A stretch of DNA of 64,000 nucleotides. Origin: Octopus vulgaris (Eukaryota). Numbering within the stretch: position 1 is the first letter of the stretch; each line of letters begins with the position of its first letter. The notes under the pieces are model-generated. The model made no database searches. It saw only the letters and a list, made by a program, of their open reading frames with translations, and was not told where the DNA came from. Of this stretch, positions 30,781-44,111 are shown in pieces. The stretch spans positions 114,762,001-114,826,000 of the forward strand of contig OX597816.1 in NCBI GenBank assembly GCA_951406725.2, read 5' to 3'. A program made the position numbers and the translations under genes.

Positions 30781-30948
30781 GAACGTTGTGAGTTCAAATT
30801 GTGCCGAGGTCGACTTTGCCTTTCATCCTTTCGGGGTCGATAAATTAAGTACCAGTTACGCACTGGGGTCGATGTAATCGACTTAATACCTATGTCTGTC
30901 CTTGTTTGTCCCTTCTGTGTTTAGCCCCTGTGGATAATAAAGAAATAG
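30781..30948 (+). mobile_element. 5'-truncated SINE family A
   Basis: GAGTTCAAATT...GCCTTTCATCCTTTCGGGGTCGATAAATTAAGTACC...TAGCCCCTGTGG. Confidence 0.85.
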
Positions 30949-31139
30949 GCTGTGTGAATATGTATTAATGTGTTTACGTATTTATGTATATGTGTGTACA
31001 CATACATATATGGACACACACACACATACACACACTCACATGTATGTATGTACGCATCTATGTATATACACTCACACACATACGTATCAATAGTCCTATC
31101 AATATATATATATATGTGTGTGTGTGTGCATGTGCACTG

Positions 31140-31179
<40 letters not shown>

Positions 31180-31981
31180 AAGAATGTATGTACGTGTTAA
31201 TATGCATGTATTTATGTATTTGTATATGTATGTGTGTAAGAATAGATATACATATGCATGTGTGTGTGAGTATGTTTGCATACTTGTATGTAAGTGTTCA
31301 CATAAGTCATTTGTGTATGATATCTATATGTCTGTATATATATCATATATATCATCATCATCATCATCATTTAACGTCAAGGGTATATATATATGTGTGT
31401 GTGTGTGCGTGTGTGCACATCCACACCTGCACACGCACAGACAAACACACATCATATATATGTACATATACATTTAATGCTTGGTTTTTATATACATATA
31501 TATAAGAAAAAGGTATCAAATGACGATGTTGATGTTGATAAATATATATTACCTATATCTATCTAACTATATATCTATGTATCTATTTATGTATGTATCT
31601 ATCTATATATATGCCTATATATATATAGGTACATATGTGTGTGTATATGTATATATATATATATATACAGAAATATTTATATACACACATACATATATAT
31701 ATATATATATATTGTCATATGTGTGTGAGTGAGCGCATGAATATATACATATAAGTACGTGTGTGTACTATAGTGTATATATATATATATACACATATAT
31801 ATGTGTGTGTATATATATATATGTGTGTGTAAGACTATGTATGAATTTTGAGTTAGGTATGTGAGTGTCTAAGTTTGTTTCACTGAATCTTTGTGTGTCT
31901 CATTCAGGAGAAAATATGTGAATGGCCTCTGTGCAGCTTTGTCTGTATAACTAAGTGTCATCAATGTAGTTATTTGTATCA

Positions 31982-32025
<44 letters not shown>

Positions 32026-32105
32026 GAGAGAGAGATAGATGTAAACTATCTGTCAGTGTTACCGTATAAATGCAGTTATCTGAATATTGTACACACACAC
32101 ACAAG

Positions 32106-32211
<106 letters not shown>

Positions 32212-32222
32212 ATATATATGTT

Positions 32223-32309
<87 letters not shown>

Positions 32310-32351
32310 GTGTGTGTATATATATTATGTGCATGTGTGTGTATAATATAA

Positions 32352-32657
32352 AACGATGACCTTTTCAAGTCTAGGCAGGCTCATGGGCCCGGTTTCCCGG
32401 TTCTGTGGCATATTTGTTCAGCCCAGCTGAACGGGATGCCAGTCCATCGCAGTGTTACTCAAGAAACAGGAAGAGAGAGTGAGAGAAAGTTGTGGCGAAA
32501 GAGTACAACAGGGGTCGCCAGCACCCCCTGCCAGAGGCTCATGGAGCTTTTAGCTGTTTTTGCTCAATAAACTCACACAACGTCCAGTCTGGGAATCGAA
32601 ACTGGGTTCCTCTGAACGCGAGTCAGCTGCCCTAACCACTAGGCCATTGCACCTCCA
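32352..32657 (-). mobile_element. SINE family D (alternative tail)
   Basis: Head and body match 37147-37330; the 3' part differs. Confidence 0.8.
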
Positions 32658-32857
32658 TGTGTATAATATGCCTGTGTATATATATCAGTATATCTATATC
32701 TATCTACCTATCGATCTATCTGCATATGCATATGTATATATGTGTGTGAATATATATGTATATATATCAATCTATATATATATATATATATATAGATAGA
32801 TTGATATATATACATATATATTCACACACATATATACTAGCTATCTATCTGACTGTC

Positions 32858-32918
<61 letters not shown>

Positions 32919-33446
32919 TAATCATATATATATATATATATATATATACATACACACACAAACACACATATGTAGATATATTCAGAGTTGCACATACATA
33001 TATATATACATATGCATATATTTATATACTCAAATACACAGACACACATACACACTCACACACATGCACACTTGCACTCACACACACGTGCACACACACA
33101 CATACACATATACATATAAGCATGCATCCCTCGGTCTTACCAGCCCCTGTCAAGCTGTCCAACCCATGCCAACATTGAAAACGGATGCTGAATGATGATG
33201 ATGATGATGATGCATATGTCTGTTGCTCGTTTTGTGCATGATTTTGTTTTTTTTATAGCAGTATGTGTTTCTGCATTTATATACTGCTAAACAGTATATT
33301 TATGTGGCTTGTGATTATCTCTGTCCTGTATGTGTAATTTGCTGTGGTATGTTCAGAACATCTATCTATTTATCTATCTATCAATCCCTCTATCTGTCTG
33401 TCTGCATATCTATTTTGTCTGTCTGCGTATCTATCTATCTACCTGT

Positions 33447-33489
<43 letters not shown>

Positions 33490-33610
33490 GGTATGTATCT
33501 CCGTCAATATATTTATGTATGTATCCTCCATCCATCCATCCATCCATCCATCCATCCATCAATCTCTCTGTCCATCCGTCTGTCTGTTTGTTAATCTATC
33601 TATCTATTTA

Positions 33611-33641
<31 letters not shown>

Positions 33642-33644
33642 GTA

Positions 33645-34030
33645 GGTGCAGGAGTGGCTGTGTGGTAAGTAGCTTCTTTACTAACCACATGGTTCCGGGT
33701 TCAGTCCCACTGCATGGCACCTTGGGCAAGTGTCTTCTACTATAGCCTTGGGCTGACCAAAGCCTTGTGAGTGGATTTAGTAGACGGAAACGGAAAGAAG
33801 CCTGTCGTATATATGTATATATATGTATGTGCATGTGTGTTTGTGTGTCTGTGTTTGTCCCCCCACCACTGTGTTTACGTCCCTGTAACTTAGCGGTTCA
33901 GCGAAAGAGACTGATAGAATAAGTACTAGGCTTACAAAGAATAAGTCCTGGGGTCGAGTTACTCGACTAGAAGGCGGTGCTCCAGCATGGCCGCAGTCAA
34001 ATGACTGAAACAAGTAAAAGAAAAGAAAGA
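33645..34030 (+). mobile_element. SINE family B
   Basis: Full-length match to 18430-18812. Confidence 0.9.
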
Positions 34031-34194
34031 ATATATATATATATATATATACATGTGTGTGTGTGTCTGGGTAAATCTCTATGTGTATATACATAATACA
34101 TTTGGCTAAATACATGCATTAAAATATGACTGAGTGTGTGTATGCATGTGTGTGTGTACGCATGTCTATCTGTATATTTTTACACATACACACA

Positions 34195-34229
<35 letters not shown>

Positions 34230-35118
34230 GTCCCTTTATGTATGCATGTACGTGCATATAGATTAGTGTATTTGTTTCACATAAATTCTGTTGAGTAATA
34301 TACGTTTTCTCATATAAGTGAGTTTAAATCTAGTGGTGCATTAAGTTATATATCTATGTATATATATTGCTCCATCTATATATCTATATGTGTGTGCGTG
34401 TGTGTAAAATTGCATCTGTATTTATGCATGCATAACTGTGTCTGTGTGTTTGTTACTGCAGCGCTGAAACATCTCTGAGTGTAGAGTGTGCCACTTTAAT
34501 TCGCTCTCTCATTTTCAGTAGATTCTCTATGAAGCATTTGTGTGTGCCTGTATGCATGAATATTCTTGAATGTGTGCAAGTGTGTGTGTGTATGTGTGTG
34601 TGTGTGTGTGTGTGTATTTGCGCGTGTGTGTGTGCATGTGCATGTCCATGCACACATAATGTATATATGTATGTGTGAGTGTGTGCATGTGCACATATAC
34701 CTATATATATATGTTTATAGATAGATAGATAGAAAGATAGATAGAGATAGATATGGTTGGTCTATGAGGTTACCCTTGTTTTCACATGCATGAAGCACTT
34801 AGCTTTACAGTGTATCATCAAATCCCAAAGCCATTGGCCTATGGCCTCTCTACTAAGTCCCATAGACCAGCCATATCTATCTTTACCTGTATACTCTACT
34901 TCTCTATAAGAGTCTGGTTCTTTTTTTGATTTATAATTTACTGACGATATATATTTATGTATATATATATTTACAGCACAAAATTTTGTCAGTGAAGAGG
35001 TCGTGGTCTCAAAGCGACGATAATATTTTGGTAAATTAAATTTAAATGTTGAAGTGAATCTAATGGTTTTTGTGTGTTTCTTAAATGGCTTATAAACATC
35101 TTCCACATTGCAAATGTT

Positions 35119-35156
<38 letters not shown>

Positions 35157-35655
35157 ATATCATTGTCACATATCATACTGACGATATATATATATATATA
35201 TATCTGTTGCCATCATCATCCTCATTGTCATCAGTCTCATCATCATCATTTTCATCATTGTTCTACCATCAAACCTTCAATTTTTGCATAGGCTGGATGG
35301 TTTTGCAGGATTAAACAAGTTAGTGGGCAGCGTTGATTTTCAGTCTTTGCTTTGACATGATTTTGACAGTTGGATGCCCTTCCTAACACTAGTCAGTGTG
35401 CCATGCTTTTGATGGCACTGGCTGGCACAAAAAAACTCACAAAATTTCTTCACAGGTTTGGGGTGCAATATACAGGGACTTGGCTTTGTGCCAGGTTTTC
35501 AGTGGCTAAAGCAGCATGTGTGTGTGCCTCCTGGGCTTAAAACAACAGTTATTGTCTGTTCTTTAAGAACACCCATGTTGAATTGGTGATAAACATTACT
35601 TGTCAGTATAAATACAGCTTTCATCTCTAATAGAGATTTTCTTAACAAGCTATTT

Positions 35656-35694
<39 letters not shown>

Positions 35695-35721
35695 TATAAT
35701 ACTTATACTTACATGCATACA

Positions 35722-35883
35722 CAGGCACAAGCATGGCTGTGTGGTAAAAAGCTTGCATCCCAACCACATGGTTCTGGGTTCAATCCCACTTCATGGCACC
35801 TTGGGCAAGTGTCTTCTACTATAGCTTTGGGTCAACCAAAGCCTCGTGAGTAGATTTGGTAGACAGAACTGAAAGAAAACCCG

Positions 35884-35936
<53 letters not shown>

Positions 35937-36203
35937 TATATACATATATATATACATATATAAATATATAAATATATATGTATACATGTATATATGTATA
36001 TGTTTGTGTGTCTGTGCTTGTCCCCACCATTGCCTGACTACCGATGGTGGTGTGTTTATGTCCGTGTTACTTAGCAATTAGGCAAAAGAGACTGATAGAA
36101 CTAGGCTTACAAAGAATAAGTCTTGGGGACAATTTGTTTGACTAAAGGTGGTGCTCCAGCATGGCCACAGTCAAATAACTGAAACAAGTAAAAGAATAAA
36201 AGA
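35722..36203 (+). mobile_element. SINE family B with expanded internal (TA)n
   Basis: Full head-to-tail match. Confidence 0.85.
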
Positions 36204-36244
36204 ATACATATATATATATAATTATTATTATTATTATTAATTTT

Positions 36245-36625
36245 TTTTTTCTTTATCATAAGTTTTGTTGGAGCTCCTGGAGTCTTGCATGTGTAGCGGG
36301 TTTACTACTTGTAACCTATGGTACCATGCTATTTGTTCTTTTCAGTTATCTAATACTTTCTTGATTGTTCTGGCTGTGCCAAGGAGGCAATCCTTTTGTA
36401 ACAGTTCTACTAGGCACTTTATTTTCCTCTTGATGTCTTCTGATACTGTCCCCAATGACCCAATAATAATTGGCACTATCTTCACCTTTTTCATTTTTCA
36501 TAGCCAGGCTATTTTGTACTTAAGAGGGTTGTGTCTATCTATCTTTTTGCCTTTTTTCTTGATTATTTGTGGGTCAAAGGGGCATGCAACATCAACTATA
36601 TAGCATATGTGGTGCACTTTGACCG
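36245..36625 (-). pseudogene. 3' end of an RLE-type (R4/Dong-like) non-LTR retrotransposon
   Basis: CYIVDVACPFD..I..K...K....L....AWL*..KVKIVPIIIGSLG...LLQKDCLLGTARTIKKVLDN* is a restriction-like endonuclease C-terminus. (ATT)n tracts on both sides. Confidence 0.8.
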
Positions 36626-36691
36626 TTATTATGATGATTATTATTATTATTAATATTATCATAATCATTATTATTATCATCATTATTATTA

Positions 36692-36743
<52 letters not shown>

Positions 36744-36959
36744 GTTATAATTATTATTTTTTTTTTTCATTATCATTTTCTTTCACTTCTGTTTCCATTT
36801 CTTGCCAAGTGTCTTCCTTACATCTAGGGCAGCAAAACACACTGTATACATTAGTAGGCCATTAAAATATACACACCAAGTTGTTCATTTACTCAGACAT
36901 GTGATTGAGAGAAAGGGGAAGAAAAACAGAGAGAAAAAAAAGAAAAAAGTAAACAAAGA

Positions 36960-37612
36960 GGTGCAGGAGTGGCTGTGTGGTAAGTAGCTTGCTTACCAAC
37001 CACATGGTTCTGGATTCAGTCCCACTGTGTGGCACCTTGGGCAAGTGTCTTCTACTATGGCCTTGAGCTGACCAAAGCCTTGTGAGCGGATTTGGTAGAT
37101 GGAAACTGAAAGAAGCCTGTCGTATATATGTATATATAAATGTGTGGAGGCGCAATAGCCCAGTGGTTAGGGCAGCGGACTCGTGGTTGTAGGATCGCAG
37201 TTTCGATTCCCAGAATGGGCGTTGTGAGTGTTTATTGAGCAAAAACACCTAAAGCTCCATGAGGCTCCGGCAGGGGATGTTGGCAATCCCTGCTGTACTC
37301 TTTCGCCACAACTTTCTCTCACTCTTTCTTCTGTTGGCCTGCTTGCTTAGCCACCGGGGTGGTGTCATTTAAAGGCTAAAACAATGCGAAGAACATTGTG
37401 ACCAGCGATGTGTAGCAACATCTGATAGCCTGGTCAGTCACGGTGATCACAGTGATATATATATATATGTGAGTGTATGTTTGTGTATATGTTTGTGTGT
37501 CTGTAGAATAAGTACTAGGCTTACAAAGAATAAGTCCTGGGGTCGATTTGCTCGACTAAATGCTGTGCTCCAGCATGGCTGCAGTCAAATGACTGAAACA
37601 AGTAAAAGAGTA
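36960..37612 (+). mobile_element. SINE family B interrupted by a family D SINE
   Basis: B head 36960-37125; D element 37147-37456; B tail 37505-37612. Confidence 0.85.
37147..37456 (+). mobile_element. tRNA-headed SINE family D
   Basis: A box TAGCCCAGTGG and B box GTTTCGATTCC; inserted in the internal microsatellite of SINE B. Confidence 0.85.
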
Positions 37613-37661
37613 ATTGAAGAAAAGAGTAAAAGAAAATAAAGAGCAAAAGAGGAAAGAAAAT

Positions 37662-37845
37662 TCACAGTGACAATGCTCTTCTCAATACGTGTGACGTACC
37701 AGTTAAGACAATCATTTGCACTTCCTGCATGGATGGTAAGCCAGGGATCATAATTAAATAATTTTTAGTTCCTTTTTTGATAATTCCAAGTGCTCCTACA
37801 ATCACTGGTATTGTAACTATCTTGAGATGCCACATCTTTATATTT
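37662..37845 (-). pseudogene. Second RLE-type LINE C-terminal fragment
   Basis: KMWHLKIVTIPVIVGALGIIKKG...VQMIVLTGTSHVLRRALSL*. Confidence 0.75.
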
Positions 37846-38261
37846 TCTGAGCTCATCATCATTTAAATCAGTTTGATTTGGCTCCATGCAACTTAAAGTT
37901 TCATAGGCTTCTTACAGACGCATAGCTTGTTGAGGCTCAGATTACCAAATGTAGAGGTACAGAAAGACCAAGATGGCCACTGGAAAATGGGCTATATATA
38001 TATATATATATTTTAATTTTTGCATATATTTATTATTATTATTTTGCAAAAAACAATGTAATTTTCTTTTTACACCTCCTCAAACAAAAAAAACAATTTT
38101 TTTTTCTTTTCCCCTTATAATTCTTGAAAAGTCACATTGTGACGAAAACCTGTTGAATTAATATATATATATTTTGGTAATTTTTCAAAATTTTCCATAC
38201 ACCCATTTTCATTAAAATTTACCTTCAATTTAGCATTCTACCTTTTTATAATTTTTCCTTG

Positions 38262-38297
<36 letters not shown>

Positions 38298-38715
38298 GTT
38301 TGTGGGTTAGAGGCTAGGGTATTGCACTCACAATGGCTTGATTGTGGAGTTGATTTCTGCACTGGATGGCATGTTGTGTTCTTGAGCAAAACATTTCATT
38401 TCAAGTTTCTTCACAATCATTTTGGCATCTGACAGACGGTGGATATCATATATACATATAAAGATACATATACACACACATACATATATATATTTACATA
38501 TGAATATATTTATGTATATATTTGCATGTCTTCATGTGTATATGTGCATATGTGCACACATGCACACACACACATACACATACACACACACAAACACACA
38601 CAGAGAAACATACATATATGGATACATGCACACATGTGAATGCATATCTGTGTGTATTGGTATATATAAAAATATACATATATATGAATATAAATGCATG
38701 AATATTTATATTTAT

Positions 38716-39083
38716 AGACGGAAACTGAAAGAAGCCCATTGTATATATGTATATATGGCAGTGCCCCAGCATGGCTAATGGCGGTGCCCCAGCATGGCTA
38801 ATGGCGGTGCCTCAGCATGGCCAATAGCTGAAACTAAATGAAATAAAAAAAATGTACATATGTGCGTGTGTGTGTTTGTGTGTCTGTGTTTGTCACCCCC
38901 AACATCACTTGACAACCTATGCTGGTGTGTTTATGTTTATGTAACTTAGCGGTTTGGCAAAAGAGACCGATAGAATAAGTACTAGGCTTACAAAGAACAA
39001 GTCCTGGGGTCGATTTGCTTGACTAAAGGCGTGGCTCCAGCATGGCCACAGTCACATGACTGAAACAAGTAAAAGAGTAAAGA
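38716..39083 (+). mobile_element. 5'-truncated SINE B containing a triplicated LINE tail
   Basis: B body interrupted at 38755-38837 by three copies of ATGGCRGTGCCYCAGCATGGCYA. Confidence 0.8.
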
Positions 39084-39465
39084 GCAATATAAATACATTT
39101 GTATATAGATATTTATATGAAAGAATGTATGCATATATTTTAAGATATAAATATATATATACTTATTTATATGCATATATACATATATATGTGTGTGTAT
39201 GTGTTTGTGTAATTGTGTATGTGAATATGTGTATGTAATTTATGCACACATACGTGCATTGCATAAATATATCTAAATATATATAGATCCTTTGCTAGTG
39301 CCATGTAAAAAGCACCCAGTACACTCTGTAGAGTGGTGGGCATTAGGAAGGGCATCCAGACTTAGAAATCATGCCAAAACAGACAAATGGAACCTGGTGT
39401 AGCACTCCAGCATACCAGATCCTGTTGAACCTTCTACTTCATGCCAGCATGGGAAATGGATGTAA

Positions 39466-39514
<49 letters not shown>

Positions 39515-39617
39515 CCAATGACAATGTCACCAATGCCAATGTTGCTGTTGCTGTTTTACAGATGTAGTAACTTCCAAAATTTTCCTTGCACAGGATCTCT
39601 CTCTCTCACCCTCTAAA

Positions 39618-39663
<46 letters not shown>

Positions 39664-39925
39664 ATTTGATGTACACAATATAAACATATGAGCTACCAAT
39701 GGTTTCTAGCTTTGGAGATGCAGGTTTAGGCAGGGTGTTATAAAACACCTTGTATCTACAAGCAATCTGCTGACTCTGGGCATATGACTTTCCCATAGGC
39801 ATTATGAGTATGTGGCCAATTCCTAAAATCAGGATTCTGATACAAGAGAAATCAAGAAAAAAATATGAGATGGTAGAAGTATAACGTGGAAGGGTGAATA
39901 AAAATGGAAGAAGAAAAAGAAAAAA

Positions 39926-39988
<63 letters not shown>

Positions 39989-39990
39989 TA

Positions 39991-40021
<31 letters not shown>

Positions 40022-40029
40022 CATGCATA

Positions 40030-40683
40030 TATGGGTATAGGATGTCACCAACAGTGCAAATAATATAAAATACGTAAGCAATGAAGAAAAAATGGAAAAC
40101 AGGACAAGTAAACACAGAGAAAGGACCCTTCATCAGTTGTTGGCTGTCTATCTACTCCTCATTACGAGCATTCAATGCCAATATGAGTCTTCAAAGACAG
40201 TTGCTCCCATAAATTCTGAAATAAAGTTTAGGATTTATGGGGGGTGAAAGTTGGGAACAAAAACAGGACAGTGGAGACATACAAGGAAACCGAGTGAAAA
40301 CAAACATGGAGGGTCGTTAGACTGGAACGAGAGGAAAATAGTGAACGCTGAGAGAAACATTTATTTTTGAAAAGATAAAAGAAAGAAGATACATCCGTGC
40401 AGGAAAAGAAAGCTGGTCACATGAGGAAAAGAAAGATGGACGATGGTCACATGTGAGCAGCGAGAGAGAGAGAGAGAGAAAGAGAAAGAGGGAGGAGAGA
40501 GGGAGAAAAATAGAAAGAGGGGAAGAGAGAAAGAGAAAATGGTGCAGGAGGGAGGGGTAGAAAAAGGGAATTAGAGAAAGATGGAGGAAGAAAATAGTAT
40601 AGAGTAGAGTCGCATCAAAAAGGTGAAGATAAACTTATTTGGAAATGGATGCATTGTATTCAATTAAATATAAATAATAAATT

Positions 40684-40725
<42 letters not shown>

Positions 40726-40885
40726 ATACATATATATGGGTACAAGACATCACCAACAGTGCAAATAACATGAAATATGTAAACAAACAAGTTAAATACA
40801 TAAACAACAAGAAAAAATGGAAAACAAGACAAGTAAACACAGAGAAAGGACCCTTCATCAGTTGTCGGCTGTCTATCTACTCCTT
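40030..40885 (-). repeat. Partial tandem repeat in (TA)n context
   Basis: About 130 bp (GGGTA..GACATCACCAACAGTGCAAATAA...AAGGACCCTTCATCAGTTGT..CTATCTACTCC) at 40030-40160 and 40735-40885. Confidence 0.75.
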
Positions 40886-41016
40886 ATATATATACTCTAT
40901 GTATATGTATATGTGAGATCCAAGGATGCAGGTATAGGAGGTTTGTAAGATTCGAGTAGTCCATAGAAGGTACACAAAACAACTTTCAGGAACAATAATG
41001 ATTTATTAATGTAGAA

Positions 41017-41300
41017 CAGTGCTTCTTAAACTATGGGTCGCAACCCCATTTGGGGTCACAAAGGGAAATGCTGGGGTCACGAAAATTAAATTCAAACACT
41101 TCAGTTTATATGTTATCTCACAAATCCTAAGGCTGCTATAATTTTGACAAATAATATAACTACTTTTTTTATATGTATATTGTTCAGCAAAAAAAATAAA
41201 TGATTTATGTATTTATTTATATGTTTTAATTCATATTTAATACCTGGGGTTACAAAAAATCTTGTGATGAAAAATTTGGTTATGAAAGAAGAAAGCGCTG
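41017..41300. mobile_element. hAT-like MITE
   Basis: CAGTGCTTCTT ... GAAAGCGCTG ends, GGGGTC subterminal motifs, and an 8-bp TSD ATGTAGAA/ACATAGAA (both derivable from ACGTAGAA by CpG decay). Confidence 0.7.
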
Positions 41301-41455
41301 ACATAGAAGGTTGTAAATTCATCCCATATCGAAGTTTGATAAGCTAAAGAAGTTTTTTATAGTTCTGCTAGCTAGAAAACATATGTAGCCCTTATTTCAC
41401 CTACTTCAATCCCTAAATTTGTATATATCTATATATCTATATCTATCTATCTATC

Positions 41456-41563
<108 letters not shown>

Positions 41564-41747
41564 TATTGAACGATACAAATTACATAATATTTTTTCGACT
41601 GCAGAATTGCAGTTAGAACAGCAGAAATATCGGGTAAATGGCAAGTTGTTGACAAATTTTTGTGCTTTGTACTTTACTCAGTATTTCTGCTGTTCTAATG
41701 GCAATTCTGCATTCGAAATAATATCATCTAGTTTGTATTGTTCAATA
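41564..41747. repeat. Imperfect hairpin insert next to (TA)n
   Basis: TATTGAACGATACAAA..GCAGAATTGC.GTTAGAACAGCAGAAATA / TATTTCTGCTGTTCTAA..GCAATTCTGC..TTTGTATTGTTCAATA. Confidence 0.8.
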
Positions 41748-41812
41748 CATATTGCGACACTTATAGAAATGAAAACTAGTTTGTTTATATTTATACACAT
41801 AGTATCTGTCTG

Positions 41813-41899
<87 letters not shown>

Positions 41900-41906
41900 T
41901 CACACA

Positions 41907-42128
41907 CAGAGTTAGCCAAAAGTCACCTGACCATTTAATTCCAAGATAAAAACAAAAAATTATTTTATGAGACTTTGCTAATAAATAGACAAATGTTGAA
42001 AAAAAATAGTGATTTTAACTCACAGCATTCAGTTATTAAACATTCATAATTGGAATGAATAAATAAAATTGAATATTAAGTATTTATGGAATTATGATTT
42101 ACTGTTGGGTGACTTTTGGCCAACCCTT
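41907..42128. mobile_element. Tc1/mariner-type MITE
   Basis: TIRs CAGAGTTAGCCAAAAGTCACC / GGTGACTTTTGGCCAACCCT. A similar single end lies near 62962-62984. Confidence 0.7.
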
Positions 42129-42149
42129 ATATATTATTTCTATTCTTTT

Positions 42150-42375
42150 ATTCTTTTATTTGTTTTAGTCAGTTGACCATGGCCATGCTGGAGCACTGGC
42201 TTTAGTTGGACTTATTCTTTGCAAGCCTTGTACTTATTCTAACAGTTGCTTTTGCCAAACTGCTAAGTTACAGGGACATAAAGACACCAACATTGGCTCT
42301 CAAGTGATGATGGGGGCAGGACAAACATAGACACACAAACATATACATACATACATACATACATACATACATACA

Positions 42376-42409
<34 letters not shown>

Positions 42410-43263
42410 CATACATACATACATACATACATATATGTATATATATATATATAAATTAACAGAATGAGATAAAAATATCCAAGGCCGTGAATAGTTTTCA
42501 GAGCATTTGTAAAGACAAGGTCTTACAGCTGTTTCCGGGATATTTTATATATCCCTTCATCAGAGATGGTGTGAGAAAATGTTTAAGTAATAATTATTTT
42601 CGAGAAGATATGAAATTCAGAGTAAAGTGAAGGAATGAAAACAGATGTGAGATACGTAAAGATACTGTATTTGCAATACCATTATTTAAGCAGAATGGTG
42701 TGTATATAGATTTCCTGTACCTTGTGTACCTTGTATATAAACATAGTTAGTGGTTATAGTAACGGACTAAGGGATAAAATATCCGTGTATACTATCGGTA
42801 TCCATTACCTGTATTATCCCCGGGCAATGGTGTACAGGCACACCATACACGTTGAGTGCAGGTAACAACAGGATAAACAAGAGTTTATCAGGAACCAATG
42901 TAAGTAATTAGAAAATGGAGATAACCACAGATTAACCAACACATCGATTGGGCCACATTTATAGCTTATTTATCAAAACAAAGCATGACAAAAAAAATCT
43001 TACAGCGATTTCTCATCAGATTACCAGAATGCAGTCTATACATAAATGCGAGAATAAAATTCTTCATCTTCAACTTCATAGGGCATTCGAATTAAGGCAG
43101 GAGATTCTTCATCAGAGTGAAAAACAAGAGCATACAATATAAACAATTTTCTAATTAATAATATAAATATATATATATATACAATGGGCTTCTTTCAGTT
43201 TCCATCTACCAAATCCACTCACAAGGCTTTGGGCCTGAGGCTATAGTAGGAGACACTTGCCCA
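42150..43263 (-). mobile_element. SINE family B split by a ~700-bp hammerhead-bearing insert
   Basis: B tail 42150-42340, B 5' part 43183-43263, insert 42455-43165. Confidence 0.75.
42521..42566 (-). ncRNA. Type I hammerhead motif
   Basis: Minus strand: TCT CTGATGA A GGGATA TATAAAA TATCCC G GAAA CAGCTG TA AGA; stem III ACAGCTGT is palindromic. Confidence 0.65.
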
Positions 43264-43499
43264 CTTATGTTATATAGATATATGTATATATATATATTTA
43301 TCTTTCAGCCTTCATTTTATTGTGATTTCAGCCAGAGGATGAAGCCATGTTAGGGGTAATGCTTTTGATGTCATTGGTTTACTTTCCAGAATTGCTCCTG
43401 ATAAAATAACAAACTGGACAGAGCTGCTCTTCTTTACATTTCTTGTTACAATGTGAATTCATATACTACCTCAGATGTATATTTGTGCATGTATATGTA

Positions 43500-43569
<70 letters not shown>

Positions 43570-43646
43570 TATATACATATATATATACATATATATACAC
43601 ACACACACCCCTACATCCGCACGTTGTTGTGTTTTCATATTTGGAT

Positions 43647-43708
<62 letters not shown>

Positions 43709-43788
43709 AAATTATATGTGCATATATAAAAGTATTCATATGTTGTATGTATATATATATTTGTATTTATGTACTATTTTTGTGTGTG

Positions 43789-43848
43789 TAATCCACTGAT
43801 GAGGCAAAGTATTTCTTATGCAAAGCCAGAAATCTGGGATCTGGAATT
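43789..43848 (+). ncRNA. Type I hammerhead motif
   Basis: TAATCCA CTGATGA GGC[19 nt]GCC A GAA ATC TGG GAT C TGGAATTA; AUC cleavage triplet; one extra A before GAAA. Confidence 0.65.
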
Positions 43849-44070
43849 ATTCAATGATTTTTTACTAGTGTATTTTGTCTCTTTGTCTTCTCTCCTCGTG
43901 CTGTATGAACATTTAATGTGGTTTTAGAGTCACGTTTTGGCTGCTATATCTAGCATGGTGGTATCTTTTTGATACTCTTAATTATAATTTCAATAATAAT
44001 TATTACCTATGAGGTTTTTATTCCCATGCTAGCCACTTGATATGATTGGCATTTTAAATAACGATCTTAT

Positions 44071-44111
<41 letters not shown>

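Noticed and set aside
34985-35025. GTGAAGAG...CTCAAAGCGAC hammerhead-like string; also isolated CTGATGA near 15439, 20381 and 54345
   Set aside because: Missing GAAA or stems; the heptamer alone is expected by chance.
37147-37220. tRNA-like sequences here and at the heads of SINE A and B
   Set aside because: A and B boxes are present but no convincing cloverleaf, and each continues into a SINE body; not tRNA genes.
40141-40205. Possible minus-strand hammerhead (CTGTC...GACAG stem, TTGAAGA)
   Set aside because: Core register and GAAA box do not fit without several assumed mutations.
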